DNA from: Thermomicrobiales bacterium
Lineage (GTDB): Bacteria > Chloroflexota > Chloroflexia > Thermomicrobiales > UBA6265
Assembly (NCBI GenBank): GCA_035540335.1
Contig: DATLHE010000178.1
Location: 1-45,581 of the forward strand
Reading direction: 5' to 3'
DNA length: 45,581 nt
This document shows, piece by piece, positions 1 to 7,722 of the stretch. The number at the start of each line of letters is the position of its first letter. Position 1 is the first letter of the stretch. Made by a program: the position numbers and the translations under genes. Below the pieces are notes generated by a model. It worked only from the letters and a program-made list of their open reading frames with translations. It had not been told where the DNA came from and made no database searches.

Positions 1-155
1 GTGCGGGACCGGCGACCTTGCTGAACTTCCCAAACCGGCTCTACGACCCGGAGGACGAGGGGCGGCTGCCGTTCACCGAGGCGGGGATGACGTTCGCCGA
101 CGGCACGCCGTTCGACTACGGCGCGGTCGCGGCCTGGTACCGGACGCGGGGGTAA
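1..155 (+). CDS. 3' end of an unidentified protein-coding gene that starts upstream of the window
   Basis: Open frame (codons phased from nt 3) reads ...TLLNFPNRLYDPEDEGRLPFTEAGMTFADGTPFDYGAVAAWYRTRG, then TAA at 153-155. Third codon positions are G/C-rich, as in the confirmed genes. The fragment is too short to assign a family. Confidence 0.4.
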   Translation, partial: AGPATLLNFPNRLYDPEDEGRLPFTEAGMTFADGTPFDYGAVAAWYRTRG

Positions 156-160
156 GCGAC

Positions 161-700
161 GTTATTGTCAGGTTGCCAATGCAGTTAACTTGGCCGGTGG
201 CCACCTAGGGGCTTATCGGGGCCGTTTTCCTGGATGTGGCGGGGATTTGCTTAGGTGGCCAGGTTGTTTCGGAAACCTGGCAGCCTGGGCGACGTTATGG
301 AAGGCTGCCCAGATGGCCAAGTAATGGGTATGTAGGGCAGTTGGCCAGGTGGGGCGGCGGAGGCGCTGCGCGCCGGATTGGACGTGCTCTCGCTTCGCTG
401 CGCACGCGGATTCTTCGCGTTCGCTCGGAATGAGGGGGAGTCGGCGAGAGGGCGGACATGAAGGGCTCGCTCCGCTTCTCGCCTGCGGCTCGGCCGGGTC
501 CGCCTGTACGATCGTCGTCGGTCGCACGGGCGCACACTCTTCGGGGTGCGCGGCTACGTCATCAGAGTGGCGTGTCGCCATCGTAGGGGCCGTATCTCCG
601 AAGGAGTGTCGGCCCGCATCGCTGAAGGCGAAGGATGATTGTGGCGAACTGCGCTTCGCGTAGGGTTCTTCGCTGCGCTCAGAATGAGGGATTGTTAGGA
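161..700. repeat. Mosaic cluster of interspersed short repeat modules between convergent gene ends
   Basis: 161-290 is a degenerate copy of the ~115-nt element at 41597-41712. The 17-mer GGCAGCCTTCCATAACG lies at 293-309 (minus orientation), and TGGCAGCCT at 278-286. The CGCTTCGCG..GCTCAGRATGAG module is at 389-438 and 651-690. A 60-nt module at 451-510 matches 42155-42214 at about 53/60 positions by eye. The GCGCACAC..TTCGG..GTGCGCGGCTACG hairpin is at 530-558. Confidence 0.8.
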
Positions 701-743
701 GCGCGGCTTCCGGTAGCCACAGGCCGACCAATCAGCGATCGCG

Positions 744-2150
744 TCAGGCGGCGCCGAAGCCGCGGAGGGTGCGGACGAGCTGGACGGGGCGAGTGGTGGC
801 GGCGCGGCCGCCCTCGAGGCCGAGGAGGTCGTCCTGGTCAACGATCGTGTCGTAGAGCTCCCGCTCGGCCACGGAAGCTGGCGTCCACGCGCGGAGGGCT
901 GCTTCGCCGGTGGCGGTGGCCCAGGAGCGGTGCGAGAGCCACCAGATTGTGAGGCAGATCGCGACGAGCGCGAACGCGGCGGCGAAGACGCCCCAGCGGG
1001 CCAGCCCGACGATCGCCGGCGTCAGCGTATAGAGCGCCACCGCGAGCACGATGAAGCATGCCAGGCCGACCCAGAGCGTCTCGCGCTTCGCGTTGCGGTT
1101 GAGCAGCCCGCGCCGGGCGACGTCGTCCTCCAGCTCGTGGCGGGGGGCGGACAGCACATCCGGCAGGCGCCGCATCGCGGCGGGTGAGACGGCCGGCGGC
1201 TCGCCCTGCGCCTCGACGCGGAGCGCGTCCCAGACGTGGACGACGAAGCGATCGGCTCCGGTGGGCGCGGGCCCGATGGCGAGGGTCACGCCACGGGGCG
1301 TCGTCCATGGCGTGAGGGCGCCCAGCTCGATCAGGTGGAGGACGGCGCCGGTGGTGACCGCGTCGTCGACGCGTCCGCGGGCGATGGCCGCCGCGGCGAA
1401 CGGCGAGAGCGGGCCCGTGGCCGATCCGGCGGGGCCGCGGCGGCGGTTCAGCCAGAAGGCGAATCCGAGCAGGGCGAGGGCGCTGGCGGCGGCGAGCGCG
1501 GCCAGGGGCAGGTTCGCGACGCTCTGCAGGCGCTCCCTGGCGCCTGTCACCTCGATCCGTGGCGCTGACAGGAAGAGATTCTCGTAGGAGAGCGTCGCCG
1601 TGCCCTCGGCGATGCCGGTGCCGACGGTGTCGGCCCGGAAATAGGGCTCCATCACCCCGCGCACGATGGCGTCGAGCCGCGGGCGCGTGACGCCGTTCTG
1701 GGGGAAGGCGTTCGCGCCGGTTGCGTAGGCGGCGGTCGTCTGCGTGTGGTCGTCGGCAGGGATGACGACGAGGAGCAGGATGCCGTCGTCGGCGCCGGGC
1801 GACGACTCGATCGGCTCGTTGGCGAGCCATTCGGCGGCGAGGCGCTTGGTGATCTCCTGTTGCGACGGCACCGGGCCGGGCAGGCGGGCGGCGCTGGTCG
1901 GGACCGAGATGACGCGCACGGCGAGAGGCACGCCGAACTCGCGGTTCTCCAGCACGAGGCGGTAGATGAGCGTCGCGTCGTCGCCGGTCAGGATGCCGGC
2001 CGGGAACGACGCGAAGGGCGGGGCCTCCATGGTCAGCGGCGCGAGGCGGTCGCGCTCGGCGTCCTGCGCGGAGACGCCCGTCGGCAGGGCGCCGAGCAGG
2101 AGAAGCAGGAGCACGCCGGCGGTCGCGCAGCATCGTGACGCGCGGCTCAT
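744..2150 (-). CDS. Secreted, membrane-anchored TPM-domain protein (paralog of 3676-4704) with a C-terminal multi-TM extension
   Basis: The real start is MSRASRCC.. (ATG at 2150) inside the 1015-aa track ORF. A signal peptide ends ..GVSA/QD. The TPM-like core includes SSPGADDGILLLVVIP. TM segments follow (LPLAALAAASALALLGFAFWL, and two near the C-terminus). The ATG overlaps the upstream stop as ATGA (2147-2150). Confidence 0.75.
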   Translation of the reverse strand: MSRASRCCATAGVLLLLLLGALPTGVSAQDAERDRLAPLTMEAPPFASFPAGILTGDDATLIYRLVLENREFGVPLAVRVISVPTSAARLPGPVPSQQEITKRLAAEWLANEPIESSPGADDGILLLVVIPADDHTQTTAAYATGANAFPQNGVTRPRLDAIVRGVMEPYFRADTVGTGIAEGTATLSYENLFLSAPRIEVTGARERLQSVANLPLAALAAASALALLGFAFWLNRRRGPAGSATGPLSPFAAAAIARGRVDDAVTTGAVLHLIELGALTPWTTPRGVTLAIGPAPTGADRFVVHVWDALRVEAQGEPPAVSPAAMRRLPDVLSAPRHELEDDVARRGLLNRNAKRETLWVGLACFIVLAVALYTLTPAIVGLARWGVFAAAFALVAICLTIWWLSHRSWATATGEAALRAWTPASVAERELYDTIVDQDDLLGLEGGRAATTRPVQLVRTLRGFGAA

Positions 2151-3679
2151 GGCTGCGGGTCCTGAGGCGTCGACGCCCGGAACGACGCCTCGCGCGGCAT
2201 CAGCGGCAGTCGCTCGCGCGGTTGCCTGGCCGGCTGGGCTGCCGGGACGGGCGCAATGGCGGTGCGACGGGCGGGCTGCCACGCGCGCTTGCGGACGAAG
2301 GGGACGAGCCGGTCCCAGGCGGCGCCGGTGGCGACGGCGATCCAGATCGCCATGATGACGACGATCGGCAGGTGATAACGGTAGAAGTCCGTGCCCATGC
2401 CGACCGCCATGGCGCCGACCTCGGCGCCCATCAGGAGCGTCACGAGGGCGGTAGGCGTCCAGAAGCCGTACTTGATCACCCAGAAGAGCAGCAGGATGAG
2501 GCCCGCGATGGCGGGGATGAAGTCGATGCCGGTGGCGGTGCGCTCGATGCCGATGACGTCGTAGAGGACCTGCACGAGCCGCTTGGTGGTCGAGTCGATC
2601 TCGGTCAGGCGGGCGCCGAAGCGGCCGACCGCGTCGAGCGGGCTGGTGACGGCGACCTCCGGCCAGGCGGTGGCCTGTCCCTGCATCTCGGTCGCGCGGA
2701 ACTGGAAGAGCTCCCAGGTGCGCCGGATCGGGTCCGGCCAGAGGAAGGGGTAGACCGCCACGAATGTCGCGAAGGCGATCACGGGTTGGAGCAGGAGCTT
2801 GATCGCATAGTCGCGCGCCGCCCGGTCGCGGTCCACGATCAGCCGCAGTACGCCGAAGCCGGCGAGGGGCAGGCTGAGCAGCAGCGGCGAGAGCTTGGCG
2901 GCGCCACCGAGGCCGAGGAGGATGCCGAGCAGGATCGCTCGCCCCCACGTCGGCCGTTTCGCGAAGAACCACGCGGCCAGGAACGACAGCGCGAGCACGA
3001 GGACGAAGGTCTCGTCGGAGAGCGCCTGGCTGGAGAGCGTGATGTGGAGCGGGTGGAAGGCCAGGAAGAGACCGCCGAGGAGGCCGCCCGCGCGATTCGT
3101 CAGCAGGCGGCCGAGGACGTAGACCACGGCCACGACGAGCGCGCCGATCAGCGCATTCGTCTGCCGGCCGGCGGTGAGGTCGGCGGCCGAAGGGCTCGCG
3201 CCCGCCTGCGCGTTCCAGTCGGTGCCGTAGGCGAAGTCCCAGACGCCGGTGGCGTCGAGGGGACGGCCCTGGACGGCGAGGCCGACGCCCATGACGTAGC
3301 TGCCGAGCGGCGGCTGGCCGACGGTGGTGACATAATCCTGCCAGGTTGAGCCGAAAGGATCGGCGAGGTCGCGGATGTAGTAGGCGCGGTTGAGCCAGCG
3401 CGACTCGTCGGGATGGAAGGCCGTCTCGTGCACGCCGATCATGTTCTGGCCGAACGAGATGGCGAACAGGAGCAGGACGAGCAGCACATCCGGCAGCAGC
3501 CGGTCGCGCCAGGTCATGACCCGGGCGCGGGGCTCGACGTCGCGCCCGCGCAGCCGCACCGGGTGGGTGGCCGGCAGATCGTGACGGCGGACGGCCGACC
3601 TCGGCCGCCGGACGAACCGGCGACGGCGCGCGATGGGACCGGCGGGCTCGGGGGCGAGCAACCAGCGGAGGAGCGTCAT
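2147..3679 (-). CDS. GT-C fold membrane glycosyltransferase (PMT/ArnT-like, GT39/GT83-type)
   Basis: Multi-TM protein. The first extracytoplasmic loop carries FHPDESRWLNRAYY, the DE motif typical of PMT/ArnT enzymes. It is clearly paralogous to 4716-6128. I chose the start MTLLRW.. at 3679 because it forms an ATGA overlap with the upstream stop. An alternative ATG (MTWRDRLL..) lies about 160 nt downstream. Confidence 0.8.
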   Translation of the reverse strand: MTLLRWLLAPEPAGPIARRRRFVRRPRSAVRRHDLPATHPVRLRGRDVEPRARVMTWRDRLLPDVLLVLLLFAISFGQNMIGVHETAFHPDESRWLNRAYYIRDLADPFGSTWQDYVTTVGQPPLGSYVMGVGLAVQGRPLDATGVWDFAYGTDWNAQAGASPSAADLTAGRQTNALIGALVVAVVYVLGRLLTNRAGGLLGGLFLAFHPLHITLSSQALSDETFVLVLALSFLAAWFFAKRPTWGRAILLGILLGLGGAAKLSPLLLSLPLAGFGVLRLIVDRDRAARDYAIKLLLQPVIAFATFVAVYPFLWPDPIRRTWELFQFRATEMQGQATAWPEVAVTSPLDAVGRFGARLTEIDSTTKRLVQVLYDVIGIERTATGIDFIPAIAGLILLLFWVIKYGFWTPTALVTLLMGAEVGAMAVGMGTDFYRYHLPIVVIMAIWIAVATGAAWDRLVPFVRKRAWQPARRTAIAPVPAAQPARQPRERLPLMPREASFRASTPQDPQP

Positions 3680-4704
3680 CGCCGCGCCTCCGTGCCGCCA
3701 AGGGCCATGCGCCTGGCCTGCGCCCAGCGACGGACACGCCGGCTCGCCGGGGGCACGGCGCGCTGGCGGGCGGGCCGCTTCGGGATCGCACGCGGTCGCG
3801 TCCAGACCCAGAGCTGGATGGCCAGCGAGATCACGATCAGGAGGGCGCTCGCGACACCGAGCGCGCTGCGGCAATACACCGCGAGCACGGCCAGCGCCAA
3901 GGCGAAGAGGCCGACCGCGACGCCGATGCGGCGCACCAGCGGGCGACGTGCGGGGTCGTCCATCGGGACGCGCAGGGAGATGGCGATGAAGATGCCGGTG
4001 AGCGCGATCACGCTCAGGGGACCGAGCCAGGCGAGGGTGTCGTGGACCGTCTCGGCGGCGCCCTCGAGCGGGGCCACGGGCGGCGGGAAGTAGATGCCGC
4101 CGTAGCGAATGCGACGCATGCCGATGGAGACTGCGTCGAAGTAGCGGCCGTCCTCGAGCAGCGGCCGCATCTGGTCCTCGAAGATGCCGTAGATGTAGGC
4201 GGGCGTCAGGCCGCTGTGCGCGAAGGTCTCGGTCCCATAGGAAAGCGACAGGCTGTGGCCGTGCTCGCCCTGCTTGTCGAACGTGAGCAGCAGGACCAGC
4301 CCATCGTCGGCGCCCGGGGCCGAGGCAATGCCCCAGTCGGCGCGCACACTGTCCGCGAACTGCTGAGAGGCGTCCACGCCCGCATACTCGCTGTCTGCGA
4401 CGCGGACGTAGACGAGAACGGGGATCTTGATGCTCGTCAGCCGGAAGGCGTCCATCTCCAGGGTCTTGAGCTGGCCGTCGGTGAAGAGGTTGGTGCCGTT
4501 GTAGAGCGCGGGCACCTCCTCCGGTTTCGGCGCGGGCGTGTTTTGCGTCTGGAACCGGCGATCCGTCCGGTCCTCCTGCTCATACTGCGCCGAGGCGAGC
4601 GCGGGGAGCAGGGCGACCAGGGCCGCGACGAGGAGCGCGAGCCCGGCCCAGCCGATGCGATTGTGCGAGCGAACGGTCGACACGGACATTCCCGATCTGA
4701 GCAT
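3676..4704 (-). CDS. Secreted TPM-domain protein with C-terminal TM anchors
   Basis: MLRSGMSVSTVRSHNRIGWAGLALLVAALVALLPALASA/QY is a signal peptide. The TPM-like core includes SAPGADDGLVLLLTFDKQ. There are two C-terminal TM helices. The start could instead be ATG 4689. It lies 11 nt after the stop of the upstream GT-C gene. Confidence 0.75.
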   Translation of the reverse strand: MLRSGMSVSTVRSHNRIGWAGLALLVAALVALLPALASAQYEQEDRTDRRFQTQNTPAPKPEEVPALYNGTNLFTDGQLKTLEMDAFRLTSIKIPVLVYVRVADSEYAGVDASQQFADSVRADWGIASAPGADDGLVLLLTFDKQGEHGHSLSLSYGTETFAHSGLTPAYIYGIFEDQMRPLLEDGRYFDAVSIGMRRIRYGGIYFPPPVAPLEGAAETVHDTLAWLGPLSVIALTGIFIAISLRVPMDDPARRPLVRRIGVAVGLFALALAVLAVYCRSALGVASALLIVISLAIQLWVWTRPRAIPKRPARQRAVPPASRRVRRWAQARRMALGGTEARR

Positions 4705-4715
4705 GGGCGAGGCCG

Positions 4716-6128
4716 CTATTGGCGAGAGGTCACGTTCGCGCTGGAGGCGGGCAGCATGCCGTAGGCACGCGCGCCGCCGCGCTCCTCTCGCCGGGCCAGG
4801 AGCCGTTGCACGGTCCGGCCCGCGTACCCGACGCAGCACCCGATGGACACCACGAACCCAAGGAGAATGGGCAGATAGTAGCGCTCAAAGTCTACCCGCA
4901 TCGACAGGATGATGGTGGCCGTCTGGACAATGATGATGCCGGCGACGATCAGCTCGGGGCTGCGCAGGCCCTTGGCGATCCCGACCAGCAGGAGGCAGAG
5001 CAGGCCCGCCGCGCCGAGGATGACATCGAGCTGGGAGAGCGCATCGCCCAACCCCGGGGCACCGAGCCAGTCGAGGAAGCCGCGCGTGGAGCTCCAGGCC
5101 TGGCCGAGCGCGTAGACCGTGCGGTCGAACGCCTCGGCGGGTGAGTCGGTCCGGAACTTCGGGTAGAGGAAGTACTGCATGTCCATCTCCGCGCGCCGGA
5201 AGCGGATGAGCTCCAACGTGCGGCCGATGGGGTTGCGCCACAGGTAGGGATAGACCATCACGAAGGTGGCGGCGGTGGTCAGCGGGATGGAGACGAGCAT
5301 CCAGCCGAGGTCGGTGAGGGGCGGAAAGCCGAGGATGCCCCGCGGCTTCGGGCCGCGCAGCTGGCGGCGATCCCACCAGGCGCGAAGCAGCAGCAGCGCG
5401 CCGAGGCCCGCCAGCGGCGCGGAGAGGGCCATGGGAGTGAACTTGTTCGCGCCGCCGAGGCCGATCAACACGCCGGCCAGGATCGCGAGGCCCCATGAGG
5501 GTTTGCGCATGAGATGGATGACGCAGAGCAGCAGCAGCGCCAGCGTGAGCGTCAGCGTGGTGTCGGCGAGCGCGAGCCGGTTGTGCCAGGTCTGCAGCGG
5601 GTTGGCGATGAGGAAGAGTGCCCCGGCGAGGCCGCCGAGGGGGTTCGTGAGGTGCCGCACGACAAGGTAGACGACGGCGGCCGCCATCGCGCCGAGCACC
5701 GAGTTCGTGCGCCGGCCGGCGACGAGGTCGGCGTCGGTCGGGTAGGCGCCGATGTCGTGGTTGAACTGCTGGGTGCGACGGAAGTCGTAGGCGTTGTTCG
5801 TGACGAGATCCCGCCCCTGGACGAGCAGGCCGAGGCCCATCATGTAGGAGCCGACCGGCGGCTGGCCGCGGGTCAGGTACTGATCGTTCCAGGTGGGGCC
5901 GAAGGGGTCCGCCAGATCGGTCAGGTAGTGCGCGCGGTTCAGCCAGCGGCTCTCGTCCTGGTGGAACTTCGTGCTGTCGATGCCGCTAATGTAGACGGCG
6001 GCGGCGAACACGAAGATCGCCAGGACCGCCCCGAGGTCGATCAGGCGTGACCGGCTGATGGCGTGTCTGGTACTGGTGAAAGCGTTCGTGTCCGTCACGT
6101 CAGGCGGGCTTGGCGGCGAGGATGACAT
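4716..6128 (-). CDS. GT-C fold membrane glycosyltransferase (PMT/ArnT-like), paralog of 2147-3679
   Basis: FHQDESRWLNRAHYLTDLADPFGPTW.. aligns residue-for-residue with FHPDESRWLNRAYYIRDLADPFGSTW.. of the paralog, and the protein is multi-TM throughout. The ATG at 6128 overlaps the methyltransferase 3' end by 29 nt. An in-frame GTG at 6098 sits 1 nt after that stop and is an alternative start. Confidence 0.8.
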   Translation of the reverse strand: MSSSPPSPPDVTDTNAFTSTRHAISRSRLIDLGAVLAIFVFAAAVYISGIDSTKFHQDESRWLNRAHYLTDLADPFGPTWNDQYLTRGQPPVGSYMMGLGLLVQGRDLVTNNAYDFRRTQQFNHDIGAYPTDADLVAGRRTNSVLGAMAAAVVYLVVRHLTNPLGGLAGALFLIANPLQTWHNRLALADTTLTLTLALLLLCVIHLMRKPSWGLAILAGVLIGLGGANKFTPMALSAPLAGLGALLLLRAWWDRRQLRGPKPRGILGFPPLTDLGWMLVSIPLTTAATFVMVYPYLWRNPIGRTLELIRFRRAEMDMQYFLYPKFRTDSPAEAFDRTVYALGQAWSSTRGFLDWLGAPGLGDALSQLDVILGAAGLLCLLLVGIAKGLRSPELIVAGIIIVQTATIILSMRVDFERYYLPILLGFVVSIGCCVGYAGRTVQRLLARREERGGARAYGMLPASSANVTSRQ

Positions 6129-6837
6129 TGTGGGCGCACAGCTTGTTGACGACGGGTGTTCGCTCGACGAAGCCCTCGAGGCGGGCGACCGCGCCGGTCA
6201 GCGGCTTCGGCGTGAAGTCCGGCATCAGGCCCAGCGGGCGCACGACGACCGGCGTGGCGCCGCCGGCCTTGAGCCCGCTGAGGATCTCGTCCTCGGGGAT
6301 CAGCCGCTCGGCGCCGGTGTCCTGCGGGACACGGTTCATCAGCAGCGGCCAGTAGGGATTGCGCGGGTTGTGGTCCCAAACGAGCACGTAACCGCCGGGC
6401 CGCGTGACACGGGCCATCTCCATCAGCGTGTCGCGCACGTCGGCCGGATCGGCGACGTGGTGCATGACGGCGACGCAGTAGGTGAGGTCGAAGGCGCCGT
6501 CGGCGAAGGGGAGCTGCTGGCCCTTCGCGTGGACCGCCTGGAGGAGGGGCTGCCGCAGCTTCACGTAGTTCAGCATGCCCCGGAAAGGGTCGACGCCGGT
6601 AACGTCGTAGCCCTCGCGGGCGAGACGCTCGGCGAGCACCCCTGTGCCGCAACCGACATCGAGCACGCGGCCCAGCGGCACGTGCTGGCGGATGAATGTC
6701 ACGCGCTTGTCGAGATAGTGCTCGACGACGTGCTCGGGAAGGCTCTCGTCGTAGGCGTCCGCGACCGCGTCGAAGTCCGTCTGCCCGTGCGAGCCGGCCG
6801 TGTTCGGCCGCGGGGCGTTGGTCGGGGGAGCGCTCAT
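6100..6837 (-). CDS. Class I SAM-dependent methyltransferase
   Basis: Motif I VLDVGCGTGVLAERL, with an overall Methyltransf_11-like layout. AGGAGAA lies 5 nt upstream of the ATG at 6837. Confidence 0.85.
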   Translation of the reverse strand: MSAPPTNAPRPNTAGSHGQTDFDAVADAYDESLPEHVVEHYLDKRVTFIRQHVPLGRVLDVGCGTGVLAERLAREGYDVTGVDPFRGMLNYVKLRQPLLQAVHAKGQQLPFADGAFDLTYCVAVMHHVADPADVRDTLMEMARVTRPGGYVLVWDHNPRNPYWPLLMNRVPQDTGAERLIPEDEILSGLKAGGATPVVVRPLGLMPDFTPKPLTGAVARLEGFVERTPVVNKLCAHNVILAAKPA

Positions 6838-6874
6838 GCAGATTCTCCTGATGCGGGCGCGGGCCCGAGTCTCG

Positions 6875-7654
6875 TCATTCGCCGGCCGTGTCGGGGTTGA
6901 TGACGGAGGTCGTGACCGTCCGCGGCGCGGCCTTGGCGCGGCCGTTGCGGAAGACGCGCAGCCGGAATTTCAGCACAAAGACTATCATCTGGAGCCCCAG
7001 CCGGATGGCCTTGCCGAGATCGCCGGTGACAGAGGATACGCCGACGCGGGGCAGATAGTTCACCGGCACCTCGACGACACGGGCGCCGGAGGTGATGACG
7101 AGCAGCATCAGCTCGGGACCGAAATGGCTGCCGCCGACCTTGAAGTGGGGCTGGATTTTCTCCAGCGTCTCGCGCGTTACCAGCCGGTAGGTGCAGCCGA
7201 CGTCGCTGAGGTGGCTGGTATTGAAGAGGACCTCGACGAGCTTGGCGACGGCCCAGTTGCCCCATTTGAGGAAGAAGCCCATGTTGGCGCCGCTCCAGAT
7301 CATCTCGCGCGTCGTGCGGGTGCCGAAGACGGCGTCGCAATCGTCGGCGTAGGTGAGGAGCTTGACCGCGTCGCGCGGGAGGAAGGTGCCGTCGGGCTCG
7401 GCGAGGATGAGGAGGTCGCCGGTCGCCTCCTTCAGCCCGCGCTGGTAGGCGTGGCCGTAGCCCTGCTTCGACTCGAAGACCTGCCGGGCCTGGGTCTGGG
7501 CGACCTCCGTCTCGGTGCCCGGCTCGGCGTTGTTGTTGACGACCACCACTTCATCGACGACGCCGGTGGCGAAGAAGCCGTCGATCACCTCGCGGATGGA
7601 GTCCTTTTCCGCATACGTGCCCAGCACGACCGATACCGACCGTCCGTTCCACAT
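6875..7654 (-). CDS. GT2 family glycosyltransferase, polyprenyl/dolichyl-phosphate sugar synthase-like
   Basis: VSVVLGTYAEKDSI.. N-terminal GT-A fold. Later motifs are LAEPDGTF and GCTYRL. The C-terminal amphipathic/TM segment is typical of Dpm1/Ppm1/GtrB-like enzymes. GGAGGG RBS lies 9 nt upstream of the ATG at 7654. Confidence 0.8.
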   Translation of the reverse strand: MWNGRSVSVVLGTYAEKDSIREVIDGFFATGVVDEVVVVNNNAEPGTETEVAQTQARQVFESKQGYGHAYQRGLKEATGDLLILAEPDGTFLPRDAVKLLTYADDCDAVFGTRTTREMIWSGANMGFFLKWGNWAVAKLVEVLFNTSHLSDVGCTYRLVTRETLEKIQPHFKVGGSHFGPELMLLVITSGARVVEVPVNYLPRVGVSSVTGDLGKAIRLGLQMIVFVLKFRLRVFRNGRAKAAPRTVTTSVINPDTAGE

Positions 7655-7722
7655 CGATCAGAACCCTCCATGACGTCTCACGTGGCGGCACGGGCATGTT
7701 CCGTGCCGTTGCCGCCGGGTGG

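Noticed and set aside
213-731. 172-aa and other short ORFs inside the left-edge intergenic region. The same applies to ORFs in 21064-21866, 23398-24151, 41520-42535 and 44702-45514.
   Set aside because: They are built from the interspersed repeat modules, which occur in both orientations at other loci. They lack RBS/start context and have aberrant composition. The repeats explain the sequence conservation better than coding does.
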